A DNA stretch of 64,000 bases from Alphaproteobacteria bacterium (GTDB taxonomy: Bacteria > Pseudomonadota > Alphaproteobacteria > Acetobacterales > Acetobacteraceae), in NCBI GenBank assembly GCA_017307335.1, contig JAFKFJ010000182.1:713-64712 (forward strand). The letters are read 5' to 3'. The notes beneath the pieces are model-generated. The model saw nothing but the letters and a program-made list of their open reading frames with translations. It was not told where the DNA came from and did not search any database. The position numbers were made by a program, and so were the translations under genes. Shown piece after piece: positions 1-9,677 of this stretch (within the stretch, counting starts at the first letter, position 1; every line of letters starts with the position of its first letter).

Positions 1-553
1 GCTCGGCGACGGGCTGCGCTATTTCGGCGACGGCTGGCAGATCGCCAAGCGGATCGACGGGCGGCGCTACTGGCGCGTGCCGGTGATGGACGGCGAGTTC
101 TTCTGCGAAGGCAGCACGGGCCTCACCAAGCAGGCGGTCGGCGGCGGCAACCTGCTGCTGCTCGCGCGCTCCGCCGGCGCGGCGCTGCGGGCGGCGGAGG
201 CGGTGGCGGCCGCGGTGGCGGCGACGCCCGACGCGATCGCCCCCTTCCCCGGCGGCATCGTCCGCTCCGGCTCCAAGGTCGGGTCGAAATACAAGGGGCT
301 GCCCGCCTCCACCAACGACGCCTACTGCCCGACGCTGCGCGGCAGCGTGGCCTCCGCCCTCGACGCCGACACGGCCGCGGTGCTGGAGGTGGTGATCGAC
401 GGGCTGAGCGCCGCGGCGGTGGCGGCGGCGATGCGCGCGGGGCTGGCGGCGGCGGTGGCGCTGGGGCCGGAGCAGGGCGCGCACCGGATCGGCGCCGGCA
501 ATTACGGCGGCAAGCTCGGCCGCCACCATTTCCACCTGAAAGACCTGCTGTGA
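1..553 (+). CDS. fhcD: formylmethanofuran--tetrahydromethanopterin N-formyltransferase (formyltransferase/hydrolase complex subunit D), 5' end cut by the window edge
   Basis: The frame of ORF 77..553 stays open to the window start. The C-terminal sequence PFPGGIVRSGSKVGSKYKGLPASTNDAYCPTLR is typical of the Ftr/FhcD family. Its stop overlaps the next start (GTGA at 550-553). Confidence 0.8.
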   Translation, partial: LGDGLRYFGDGWQIAKRIDGRRYWRVPVMDGEFFCEGSTGLTKQAVGGGNLLLLARSAGAALRAAEAVAAAVAATPDAIAPFPGGIVRSGSKVGSKYKGLPASTNDAYCPTLRGSVASALDADTAAVLEVVIDGLSAAAVAAAMRAGLAAAVALGPEQGAHRIGAGNYGGKLGRHHFHLKDLL

Positions 554-1368
554 GCGGCGTGCGCCTCCTCCGCCGCGCCGAACCGCCGCAGCGGGTCGAT
601 CTGTCGGCGCTGCGGCCGGAGGCGCTGGCGGGGCTGGCGGAGGGCGCGATCGCGCGCCTGCCGCTGGGCACCGCCCGCGCGCCGCTGGCCGTGGGCGACC
701 TGTTCCGCGTGCAGGCCGGCGATGAAGCGGACCTGGTGATCGAGGGCGGATCGCCCCGCTTCGACCAGCTCGGCGCGGGGATGACGACGGGGATCCTGCT
801 GATCGAGGGCGACGCCGGCTGCTGCCTCGGGCGCGGGATGCGCGGCGGGCGCATCACCCTGCGCGGCGGCGCGGGCGCGTTCGCGGCCTCCGGCCTCACT
901 GGCGGGGTGATCGAGGTCACCGGCGATGCCGGCGATTTCCTGGGTGGCGCGGCGGTGGGCGAGCGGACCGGCATGGCGGGCGGCGTGGTGGTGGTGCGCG
1001 GCGGCAGCGGGGCGCGGGCGGCCGACCGGATGCGGCGCGGCCTGATGGTGATCGAGGGCGCGGCCGGCCCGCAGCTCGCGAGCCACATGATCGCCGGCAC
1101 CGTGGTCTGCGCCCGCCCCGGCCCGCATCCCGGCACCCTGATGCGGCGCGGCACGTTGCTGCTGGGCGAGGCCGCGCTGCTGCCTACCTTCGTGCCCGCC
1201 GGCCTCGCCGCCGACAGCGCCTTCCTCCGCCTGCTGGCGCGCGCGCTGCGCCCGCTCAGCGCCGCCGCTGCGCGGCTCGCCGACAGTGCGGCGGCGCGTT
1301 TCGTGGGCGATATGGCAACCCTCGGGAAAGGGGAGATTTTGCTTGCCGGAAGCATACCGGCCGGGTAG
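550..1368 (+). CDS. fhcC: formylmethanofuran dehydrogenase subunit C-like protein (FhcC)
   Basis: 272 aa with tandem glycine-rich beta-helix repeats (MRGGRITLRGGAGAFAASGLTGGVIEVTGDAGDFLGG...VVVVRGGSG) characteristic of FwdC/FhcC. Translationally coupled to fhcD. Confidence 0.8.
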   Translation: MSGVRLLRRAEPPQRVDLSALRPEALAGLAEGAIARLPLGTARAPLAVGDLFRVQAGDEADLVIEGGSPRFDQLGAGMTTGILLIEGDAGCCLGRGMRGGRITLRGGAGAFAASGLTGGVIEVTGDAGDFLGGAAVGERTGMAGGVVVVRGGSGARAADRMRRGLMVIEGAAGPQLASHMIAGTVVCARPGPHPGTLMRRGTLLLGEAALLPTFVPAGLAADSAFLRLLARALRPLSAAAARLADSAAARFVGDMATLGKGEILLAGSIPAG

Positions 1369-1458
1369 GATATTTGCCCGAAGCGCCATAATTCACGGCC
1401 GTTGTGATCCTGCCACACTCTCGCGTGCTGGCGGTGTGTGACGTTCCCCGGAGGGCGC

Positions 1459-1671
1459 ATGAATCTCGTCGATCTGATTGTCTTCGTCTGTTCGATCGCC
1501 AACCCGAGCGCGTGCCGGGAACAGCACCTGCTGTTCGAGTCCTCCGGCACGCTCAATTCCTGCATGATGCAGGCGCAGCCCTATCTCGCGCAGTGGATCG
1601 GCGAGCATCCGGACCTCAAGATCGTGCGCTTCCAGTGCGCGTGGCCGGAGAGCGAGGGCAAGGGGATCTGA
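1459..1671 (+). CDS. small hypothetical protein (about 70 aa, hydrophobic N-terminus, 4 Cys)
   Basis: ORF 1438..1671. An internal ATG at 1459 is preceded by GGAGGG. The sequence is non-Arg-rich and protein-like (MNLVDLIVFVCSIANPSACREQHLLFESSGTLNSCMMQAQPYLAQWIGEHPDLKIVRFQCAW). I recognise no family. Confidence 0.4.
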   Translation: MNLVDLIVFVCSIANPSACREQHLLFESSGTLNSCMMQAQPYLAQWIGEHPDLKIVRFQCAWPESEGKGI

Positions 1672-1777
1672 CCGTGCCGCGTTGACAAGGGCGCCGGGCG
1701 CGAAAACACTCCGCCCCGCCGGAGTGCCTCCCTTGTGGGCCGGCGCGTGACCGGTCTGGACAGGGAGAGGACGACTC

Positions 1778-2167
1778 ATGGTGCGATCCGTGATCGTGGG
1801 GTTGGTGTTTGCTGTCGGCCTGAGCGCACCTGCGTGGGCGCAGGATGCTGCGGCCGGCGAGAAGGACGCCATGATCTGCCGCGCTTGCCACCAGATCGGG
1901 CCGGGAGCGAAGAACGGTGTCGGGCCGGTGCTGAACGGCGTGGTCGGCCGCAAGGCCGGGACCTATCCCGGCTACACCTATTCCGAGGCGAACAAGAACT
2001 CCGGCCTCACCTGGACCGAGGCGGAGCTGGAAAAGTATCTCGCCAATCCGCAGGGGGTGGTCCCGCATACGAAGATGATCTTCCCCGGCATCAAGGATCC
2101 GCAGAAGGTCAAGGACGTCGTGGCCTTCCTGGCGCAGTACGACGCCGAGGGGAACAAGAAGAAGTAG
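1778..2167 (+). CDS. class I c-type cytochrome (cytochrome c2/c550-like) with signal peptide
   Basis: Signal peptide ending AWAQD, heme motif CRACH, distal Met region HTKMIFPG. 129 aa. Confidence 0.9.
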   Translation: MVRSVIVGLVFAVGLSAPAWAQDAAAGEKDAMICRACHQIGPGAKNGVGPVLNGVVGRKAGTYPGYTYSEANKNSGLTWTEAELEKYLANPQGVVPHTKMIFPGIKDPQKVKDVVAFLAQYDAEGNKKK

Positions 2168-3134
2168 CCGGCCGCCGGGCCAGGGCCCAGGCCAGGGCAT
2201 GGATGCGCGCCTGCTGATGCAGGCGGGCGCGCCAATGCTGCGGAATTGCGGCGAGGCCGTAGGCGGCGCCGGCGATCTGGCCGGCGACCGCGGCGATGGT
2301 GTCGGCATCGCCGCCGAGATTGGCTGCCGCCAGCACCGCCTCGGCGAACGAGGCGGTGTGATGGACGCACCAGAACGCCGCCTCGAGCGTGGCCACCGCC
2401 TCGCCCGCGGCGCCGACGGCATCGGCCGGCAGGTCGCGCCAGGCGCCGCCCGCCAGATGCTGCACTGATTGCGTCCAGGCGGGGTCGGCCGGCGTCGCAA
2501 GGGCTGCCGGTCCGCTGCCGGCGATGGCGGCGCAGAGCACGCGGCAGAGCAGCGCGCAGGCGTCGAGCGCCTCCACGGCTCCGTGCGTGGTGGCGCATTG
2601 CCGCCGCGCCAGCGCCTCGGCGGCTTGCGGCGCCTGCCACCAGCGCACGGCGACCGGCGCCAGGCGCATCAGCCCGCCATTGCTGGGCGGGTCCTCGGCC
2701 CGGCCGGCGCGTGGATCGCCGGAGCGGGCGAAGCGGCCGAGCGCCCCGTAGGTGGTGCGGCCGATCCCGAAGCCGGGGCCGGCGGAGGAGTTCTCGCCAG
2801 CCGTCTGCCAGCGGCGGAACCGGTGCATCAGGTCGTGCTCGTCGAGGTCCGCGTGGGCCAGCAGGCTCTCGGCGAGGCAGAGCGCGAGCGCGGTGTCGTC
2901 GGTCCATTGTCCCGGCGCGACGCCGAGCGGGCCGCCGCCGGAAAGCTCGGTGAGCGGGGTGAAACTGCCGCGCGGCAGCCCCTCGACCGCGGCGCCCAGC
3001 GCATCGCCCACGGCGAGCCCGACCAGGGCGCCGGCGGCCCGGTCGTGCTCGGAATCCGCCCTACGCAGGCCCGACCTCCTCGCCGCCGACGAAGGCCAGG
3101 AGCGCCGCCTCGGCCAGCGGCTTTTCCCAGACAT
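2109..3134 (-). CDS. ADP-ribosylglycohydrolase family protein (DraG-like)
   Basis: Lower part of ORF 2109..3485. Motifs GLAVGDALG, GQWTDDTALAL, GNGGLMRLAPV and GGDADTIAAVAGQIAGAAYG. The start is uncertain: ATG at 3134, or CTG at 3068 placed 6 nt after an AGGAGG. The 3' end overlaps the convergent cytochrome c gene by 59 nt. Confidence 0.75.
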   Translation of the reverse strand: MSGKSRWPRRRSWPSSAARRSGLRRADSEHDRAAGALVGLAVGDALGAAVEGLPRGSFTPLTELSGGGPLGVAPGQWTDDTALALCLAESLLAHADLDEHDLMHRFRRWQTAGENSSAGPGFGIGRTTYGALGRFARSGDPRAGRAEDPPSNGGLMRLAPVAVRWWQAPQAAEALARRQCATTHGAVEALDACALLCRVLCAAIAGSGPAALATPADPAWTQSVQHLAGGAWRDLPADAVGAAGEAVATLEAAFWCVHHTASFAEAVLAAANLGGDADTIAAVAGQIAGAAYGLAAIPQHWRARLHQQARIHALAWALARRPATSSCSPRRRTAPGRPRRP

Positions 3135-3456
3135 GCGCGACGTCGACCTCCGCCGCCCGCTCGCGCAGGTCGGCGCTGGACGAGCCGGTGATGAGGGCGG
3201 CAGGGATGCGGAGTTCCTGCCGCCGCAACTGGTCGAGCAGTTCGAGGCCGGTGCAGTGCGGCATGTGCTGGTCGACCAGCAGGCAGTCCACCTCCCCCCG
3301 GCTGCTGTCGGCCAGGAACGCCGCGCCTGAAGCGTAGGCGAGGACGCGAAAGCCGGCGACCTCGAGCAGGAAGCGCAGCGAATCACGCACCCCGGCGTCG
3401 TCGTCCACAATGCCGACGACGCGTGCTCGCCGTGCCGTCGCGCCAGCCTGCGCCAC
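3061..3456 (-). CDS. single-domain response regulator (CheY-like receiver)
   Basis: Lower part of ORF 3061..4005. GTG at 3456 follows AGGAGG. Receiver motifs VVGIVDDDAG, LLVDQHMP and EKP. No output domain. Confidence 0.8.
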   Translation of the reverse strand: MAQAGATARRARVVGIVDDDAGVRDSLRFLLEVAGFRVLAYASGAAFLADSSRGEVDCLLVDQHMPHCTGLELLDQLRRQELRIPAALITGSSSADLRERAAEVDVAHVWEKPLAEAALLAFVGGEEVGPA

Positions 3457-3799
3457 GTTCCCGGACCTCCTCTGTTCAGGCGCACGCCGCGGGCGGGGCC
3501 GCGCCTCTTTTACGGCGCGGCGCGCGGCAGACAAGGAAGGTTGAGTGCGCGGCGGCAGGCACGGGCCCCCGGCGGTGCCGGCCGCGCGTTGTTGTCGTCC
3601 GTCAACGTCATTGCGCCTGCCCCGATGTGGCGGCGGTGCGTTGACAGCAAAGTCATCCGATAAACATACTAATTCGCGCGCCTCCCTTCGTTCAACGCCG
3701 GCCGCAGCATTGCCTGCCGGCGCCGGTGCGGACACGGGGGCATGCCGACGTCCAAGAACGCAAACGCCAACAACGCAGAATGATCGGGAGGATACGGCG

Positions 3800-5032
3800 A
3801 TGCGACAAGCATTTGCGGCGGCCGCGCTGGCCGCGGCCCTGAGCGCGTTCGGCGCGTCCGGCGGCCACGCCGAGGACGTGATCAAGATCGGCGTCGTGGC
3901 GGCGGAATCCGGCTCCTTCGTCTCCGCCGGCAACACCATTCCGGCCGCCGAGCGGCTGGCCACGAAAGAGATCAATGACGCCGGCGGCGTGAAGATCGGC
4001 GGCAAGACCTACAAGATCCAGCTCGAGGTGCGCGACGATCGCACCAGCATCGACACCGCCATCGCCGCCGCCCGCGAGCTGGTCAACGATGTCGGCGTGC
4101 AGGCGATCTTCGGCACCGAATCGCATGACTTCTCGATCGCGATGACCAAGATCACCGGGCCGGCGAAGGTGCTGCAGTTCACCGGCAACAGCACGCTCGG
4201 CCAGTTCCTGACCAAGGAAGCGGTGGCACGCGGCGGAGCCAACCACTATGTCTTCCAGACCGAGCCACAGGAATTCCAGCGCAGCGGCAGCACCGCCAAG
4301 GGCGTGCTGGCGCTGCTCACGCCGCTGATGGCGCAGCCGCCGAAGCATTCGGTGGTGTTCGTCGCCAACGACGTCGCCGGGCGCTACCTCTCCTCGCACT
4401 ATGTCCGTGCGCTGGAAGCGAACGGGCAGAAGGTCGATCTCGTCTACTATCCGCCGGACACGCAGGACTTCACCGCCCTGCTCACCCGCATCAAGGGCAT
4501 GAAGCCCGACATCGTGCATTTCTGGTACAACGGCGACGAGACGCTGGTGGCGCATCCGCAGGCCGTGCAGCTCGATGTCGCGCCGGCCTATTTCCTGTTC
4601 GGCGTCGACCCCGGCGTGTGGCGCGAGCGCAAGCTCACCTCCGGCGCGCCGCTGACGCTGAGCTGCGTGCCGATGTGCTGGGGCGCGCCGCCGACCAAGG
4701 CGGCGGCGGCGTATTTCGACCGCTATTTCGGCATGGGCGCGACGAAGGGCGTGCAGTCGTCGGTCTCGCTGCTCTACTACGACTACCTGCACTGGTACGT
4801 GAAGGCGCTGGAGGCGGTCGGCCGGCTCGATGATCCCGATGCCGTGGTCGACTGGCTGCTGAAGTCGAAATACCAGGGCGTGGTCTCGGCGGCGCCGCTC
4901 GTCTTCAACGACCGCCATCAGGTGACGTTCGCGACCGAGGTCTGCCTCGTGAAGCCGAACACGTCCGGCCAGTTCAAGTGCGCGGTCGAGGAACCGCCGG
5001 CGGCGCCGCCGCCGGGCGATCCCGGCAACTGA
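3800..5032 (+). CDS. ABC transporter substrate-binding protein (branched-chain amino acid/LivJ-like family)
   Basis: ATG at 3800 after GGGAGGA. Signal peptide MRQAFAAAALAAALSAFGASGGHA. Type I periplasmic binding fold features (IKIGVV..., DDRTS). First gene of a liv-type operon. Confidence 0.85.
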   Translation: MRQAFAAAALAAALSAFGASGGHAEDVIKIGVVAAESGSFVSAGNTIPAAERLATKEINDAGGVKIGGKTYKIQLEVRDDRTSIDTAIAAARELVNDVGVQAIFGTESHDFSIAMTKITGPAKVLQFTGNSTLGQFLTKEAVARGGANHYVFQTEPQEFQRSGSTAKGVLALLTPLMAQPPKHSVVFVANDVAGRYLSSHYVRALEANGQKVDLVYYPPDTQDFTALLTRIKGMKPDIVHFWYNGDETLVAHPQAVQLDVAPAYFLFGVDPGVWRERKLTSGAPLTLSCVPMCWGAPPTKAAAAYFDRYFGMGATKGVQSSVSLLYYDYLHWYVKALEAVGRLDDPDAVVDWLLKSKYQGVVSAAPLVFNDRHQVTFATEVCLVKPNTSGQFKCAVEEPPAAPPPGDPGN

Positions 5033-5046
5033 GGCGGAGGTCGGCC

Positions 5047-5934
5047 ATGGATGCGGCGGCGATGGCGATCCTGCTGCAGCAGCTGGTGAACAGCCTCGCC
5101 ATCTCCGCCATCATCATCATGATCGGCATCGGCATCACGCTGGTCTTCGGCCTCACCGGCATCATCAACTTTGCCCAGGGCGAGCTGCTGATGCTGGGCG
5201 GGGTCGCGACGTGGCTGCTGGTCGGGCGTGCCGGAGTGAATTTCTTCGCTGCCCTCGTGGCCGCGGCCGTGATCGTGGGTGCGGTCGGGTTTCTGCTCGA
5301 GCGCAGCATTTTCCGCTTCACCCTGCGCCGGCCGATGAACGGGTTCATCATCTCGCTCGGGCTCAGCGTGTTCCTGCAGCACTTCGTCATCCGGTTCTGG
5401 AACTCGTACCAGAAAAGCATCCCCGATCCGGTGGGCGGCGTGTGGCAGGTGGGCAGCATCCGCATCGCGGCGGTGCGGGTGATGGTGGTGGCGGTGACCG
5501 CGGCGGCGGTGGGCTTCACCTTCTTCGCGATCTCGCGCAGCCGCCACGGCCTCGCGTTGCGCGCGGCGGTCGCCGACCAGGACACCGCGCGGCTGATGGG
5601 CATTCCGGTCGCGCGCTACGTGACCGCGGTGTTCGTCTATGGCAGCGCGCTCGCGGGGCTCGGCGGGGCGCTGATGATCGCGCTGTTTCCGATCACGCCG
5701 TTCGTCGGCCAGGACGTGGTGGTGGGCGGCTTCGCGGTGGCGCTGATCGGCGGGCTCGGCAACGTTGCCGGGGCGGTGGTGGCCGGGCTGATCCTGGGTT
5801 TCGCCGACGGGCTCAGCGCCGGCTACGGGCTGCCGGAATGGACCGAGGCCTATTCCTTCGCGCTCATGATCCTGATCCTGCTGGTGCGGCCGCAGGGACT
5901 GCTCGGCGGCACCGAGGGGCCGGCCATTGTCTAG
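5047..5934 (+). CDS. livH: branched-chain amino acid ABC transporter permease (LivH family)
   Basis: Polytopic membrane protein. N-terminus QQLVNSLAISAIIIMIGIGITLVFGLTGIINFAQGE is typical of LivH. Confidence 0.85.
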   Translation: MDAAAMAILLQQLVNSLAISAIIIMIGIGITLVFGLTGIINFAQGELLMLGGVATWLLVGRAGVNFFAALVAAAVIVGAVGFLLERSIFRFTLRRPMNGFIISLGLSVFLQHFVIRFWNSYQKSIPDPVGGVWQVGSIRIAAVRVMVVAVTAAAVGFTFFAISRSRHGLALRAAVADQDTARLMGIPVARYVTAVFVYGSALAGLGGALMIALFPITPFVGQDVVVGGFAVALIGGLGNVAGAVVAGLILGFADGLSAGYGLPEWTEAYSFALMILILLVRPQGLLGGTEGPAIV

Positions 5935-6943
5935 GCGCATGTCTGGGCGCATGTCCGGGCGCGTGTCTGGACGCGTCGCCTCGGCGGCATTCCTGCTGCT
6001 GCTCGTCGCCCTGCCCTGGATCAGCCCGAGCTACCGGTTCCTCTCGATCGCGATCTCGACCGGCACCGTGGCGATCACGCTCTACGGGCTCGCGGTGCTG
6101 TTCGGCCAGGCCGGCCTGATGTCGGTGGGGCATGCCGCGCTGATGGGGGTGGGCGCCTATTCCGCGGCGATCCTGGCGCTGCGGCTGGGGATCGGATTCT
6201 GGGGCGCCCTGCCCTGCGCGATGCTGACCGCGGCGCTGGCCGCCGGGCTGATCGGGCTGCCGTCGCTGCGGGTGAGCGGGCATCATTTTGTAATCATTAC
6301 GTACGCCTTCTGCACGCTGCTCACGATCGTGCTGACCAATGGCGGCGATGCGACCGGCGGCGCCTCGGGGCTCGACCTCGACCCGGTCGGGCGGCTGTTC
6401 GGCGTGAATTTCGACAGCGTGCGTAACTACTACCTTCTGGTGCTGGCGGCCCTGCTCGCCGCCATGCTGGCGACCGACCTGATCGCGCGCTCCGGCTACG
6501 GGCGGACGCTGCGCGCCATCCGCGAGAACGAGGCGCTGGCGCGCGCGGTCGGGATCAACACGGCCTTGCACAAGCTGGGAGCCTTCATGCTCAGCGGCGC
6601 CTTCGCCGGCCTCGCCGGGGTGCTGCAGGCCTACTACCTGCGGCACATCTCGCCCGGGCTCTATGGCGGGCTGCCGAGCCTCTACATCGCGATGTCGGTG
6701 ATGCTGGGCGGCGCGCGCGTGCTCTACGGGCCGCTGGCCGGCGCGGTGATCGTCAACTTCCTGCCCGAGGTGCTGAGCATCGACCCGGTGGATAGCCGCA
6801 TGGCCTATGGCGCCGGGCTGGTGCTGGTGATCCTGCTGCTGCCGGGCGGCGTGATCGCGAGTCTCGCCGATCTTGGCGCCTGGGCCGCCGCGCTGGCCCG
6901 GCGCACGGCCGGGCGGTGGACGCAGCTTGCCCAGGGGCGCTGA
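5927..6943 (+). CDS. livM: branched-chain amino acid ABC transporter permease (LivM family)
   Basis: Motif LFGQAGLMSVGHAALMGVGAY is typical of LivM. The start is ambiguous (TTG 5927, ATG 5939, ATG 5951, GTG 5963) because of a 12-bp tandem repeat at the 5' end. Confidence 0.8.
   Translation: MSRRMSGRMSGRVSGRVASAAFLLLLVALPWISPSYRFLSIAISTGTVAITLYGLAVLFGQAGLMSVGHAALMGVGAYSAAILALRLGIGFWGALPCAMLTAALAAGLIGLPSLRVSGHHFVIITYAFCTLLTIVLTNGGDATGGASGLDLDPVGRLFGVNFDSVRNYYLLVLAALLAAMLATDLIARSGYGRTLRAIRENEALARAVGINTALHKLGAFMLSGAFAGLAGVLQAYYLRHISPGLYGGLPSLYIAMSVMLGGARVLYGPLAGAVIVNFLPEVLSIDPVDSRMAYGAGLVLVILLLPGGVIASLADLGAWAAALARRTAGRWTQLAQGR
5935..5982 (+). repeat. 12-bp tandem repeat, 3 good copies plus 1 degenerate (GGCGCATGTCTG / GGCGCATGTCCG / GGCGCGTGTCTG / GACGCGTCGCCT), encoding RMSG-RMSG-RVSG at the livH/livM junction
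   Basis: Read directly from the sequence. Confidence 0.85.
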
Positions 6944-6947
6944 GCCG

Positions 6948-7654
6948 GTGGCGGCGCTCGAGATCAGCGGCCTGCGCAAGCGCTTCGGCGGCGTGGAGGC
7001 GCTGGCCGGGGTGGATCTTTCGGTCACGCGCGATGCGATTCTCGGCATCGTCGGGCCGAACGGGTCGGGGAAGACCACGTTGTTCAATGTCATCACCGGC
7101 GTCTTCCGCCCGGCTGCCGGGCGGATCGTCTGGGAGGGCCACGACATCGCCGGCCATCCCACGCATGCGATCGCGCGACGCGGCCTGGTGCGGACGTTCC
7201 AGCAGGCGATGTCGTTTCCTGCGCTGACGGTGGCGGAGAATGTCGGCATCGCCTGGGCGCGGCGGCGCATGGCGGCGCCCTGGGCGGGGCCGGACGCGAT
7301 CCTCGATTTCATGGGCCTTTCGGAACAGAGCGCCGAGCCGGCCGGCCGGCTCCCGTTCGGGCTGCTGCGCCGCCTGGGCTTGGCGGTCGCGCTGGCGACG
7401 GCCCCGCGCCTCCTGCTGCTCGATGAGCCGGGCGCCGGGCTGAACGAGGCGGAGACCGCGGAGCTGGGAGAGTTGATCCTGCAGCTGCCCGGGCGGGACA
7501 TCGGGGTCTGCCTGATCGACCACGACATGGCGCTGATGGCGCGGCTGTGCCAGCGCCTCGTCGTGCTCGATTTCGGCACCAAGATCGCGGAGGGCCCGAC
7601 GCGCGCCGTGCTGGAGGACCCGACCGTGATTGACGTCTATCTGGGCCACCGGCC

Positions 7655-7658
<4 letters not shown>
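6948..7658 (+). CDS. livG: branched-chain amino acid ABC transporter ATP-binding protein (LivG family)
   Basis: GTG at 6948. Walker A GPNGSGKTT, signature-like LPFGLLRRLGLAVAL, Walker B LLLLDEP. Confidence 0.85.
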
Positions 7659-8363
<705 letters not shown>

Positions 8364-8368
<5 letters not shown>

Positions 8369-8379
8369 CAGCTGTCAAC
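8364..8379. promoter_or_regulatory. perfect 16-bp palindrome GTTGACAGCTGTCAAC, candidate repABC-type parS centromere
   Basis: Fits the repABC parS consensus as I recall it (GTTNNCNGCNGNNAAC). Lies about 80 bp upstream of repA and overlaps the livF stop codon. A half-site GTTGAC follows at 8389-8394. Confidence 0.6.
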
Positions 8380-8459
8380 GAAGGGCCGTTGACGGACTCG
8401 CAGCCCGGCGGTGATGCTATATCCACGCTCAACCGCGTAGTGAGCAGGATTCACCGTAG

Positions 8460-9677
8460 ATGCCGCGTGACCGTGCCGCCACGCCGTCCCCCTCGGCGGC
8501 TCGCCCGGGGCTGGAGGAACTGATTGCCGCCGACGCGTGGCTGCTGAGCTCCCAACTGACGGCGCTGCGCCAGCGCCTGTTTCCGCCGGCATCGCAGAAG
8601 ACGCTGCGCGGCTTTTCCAGCGGCGAGGCGGCTTCGCTGCTCGGCATCAGCGACGCCTATCTGCGCCAGCTCTCGCTCGCGGGCGAAGCGGCCGAGCCCG
8701 CCCGTACCGCCGCCGGCCGCCGGCGCTATACGCTCGCGGAGATCAACGCGCTCCGCCAGCGCCTCGCGCAGCGCGGCCGGCACTACCTGCCGTGGCGGCG
8801 CGAGGGCGAGCACCTGCAGCGCATTGCCGTCACCAACTTCAAGGGCGGCTCGGGCAAGACCACGACGGCGGCGCATCTCGTGCAGCATCTGGCGCTCCGC
8901 GGCCATCGCGTGCTGGCGATCGACCTCGACCCGCAGGCGAGCCTGTCCGCGCTGTTCGGTTACCAGCCGGAGACCGATGTCGGCGAGAACGAGACCTTCT
9001 ACGGCGCGCTGCGCCAGGACGCAGCGGCGCGGCCACTCGGCGAGATCATCCGCCCGACCTATTTCGACGGCCTCGACCTCGTGCCCGGCAACCTGGAGCT
9101 GCAGGAGTTCGAGCACGAGACACCGCGCCTGCTCGCCACCGGGCGGGCGGGCGCGGAGGGGCTGTTCTTCACCCGGGTTGCCGAGGCGCTGGCAACGGTC
9201 GCCGGCCGCTACGACGTGGCGGTCATCGACTGCCCGCCGCAGCTCGGCTTCCTGACCCTGGCCGCGCTCTGCGCCGCGAGCGGCGTGCTGGTCACGATCC
9301 ATCCGCAGATGCTCGACGTCGCCTCGATGTCGCAGTTCCTGCTGATGACCGGCGATCTTCTGGGCGTGGTCAAGCGCGCGGGCGGCCGCTTGCAGCTGGA
9401 TTTCCTGCGCTACCTGGTCACCCGGTACGAGCCGCAGGACGGGCCGCAGGCGCAGGTCGTGGGCTTCCTGCGCACGCTGTTCGGCGAGCGGGTGCTGACC
9501 AACGCCATGCTGAAGAGCACCGCGGTCGCCGATGCCGGCCTGACCAAGCAGACGCTGTACGAAATTCCGCGCCAGGGGGTGCAGCGCGCGACCTATGCGC
9601 GGGCGCTGGAGGCGCTGGGGGCGGTGAACGGCGAGATCGAGCACCTGATTCACGCGGCCTGGGGGAGGCACGAATGA
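8460..9677 (+). CDS. repA: plasmid partitioning ATPase RepA (ParA family)
   Basis: 405 aa. Deviant Walker A NFKGGSGKTTTAAHL, then LAIDLDPQASLS. N-terminal HTH-like extension typical of RepA. Confidence 0.85.
   Translation: MPRDRAATPSPSAARPGLEELIAADAWLLSSQLTALRQRLFPPASQKTLRGFSSGEAASLLGISDAYLRQLSLAGEAAEPARTAAGRRRYTLAEINALRQRLAQRGRHYLPWRREGEHLQRIAVTNFKGGSGKTTTAAHLVQHLALRGHRVLAIDLDPQASLSALFGYQPETDVGENETFYGALRQDAAARPLGEIIRPTYFDGLDLVPGNLELQEFEHETPRLLATGRAGAEGLFFTRVAEALATVAGRYDVAVIDCPPQLGFLTLAALCAASGVLVTIHPQMLDVASMSQFLLMTGDLLGVVKRAGGRLQLDFLRYLVTRYEPQDGPQAQVVGFLRTLFGERVLTNAMLKSTAVADAGLTKQTLYEIPRQGVQRATYARALEALGAVNGEIEHLIHAAWGRHE

Noticed and set aside
123-1565. 480-aa minus-strand ORF antisense to fhcD/fhcC
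   Set aside because: Extreme Arg/Pro/Ala content (runs of RRRR and PPPP). It overlaps two well-recognised plus-strand genes.
3601-3650. GTCAACG...CGTTGACAGC, with a partial match to the parS palindrome, in the receiver/livJ intergenic region
   Set aside because: Only one half-site (GTTGACAGC) matches and the second half is not palindromic. The TTGACA may simply be a -35 box for the liv operon.
9167-9180. TCACCCGGGT partial copy of the T6SS palindrome inside repA
   Set aside because: It is a partial match, lies within coding sequence, and CCCGGG is common at this GC content. I do not count it as a third site.
8537-9673. N-terminal two-thirds of the 708-aa ORF 8537..10663
   Set aside because: Out of frame over repA, with Arg/Ala/Gly-rich translation. 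Only the part from ATG 9674 (MKRRDVV...) is RepB.
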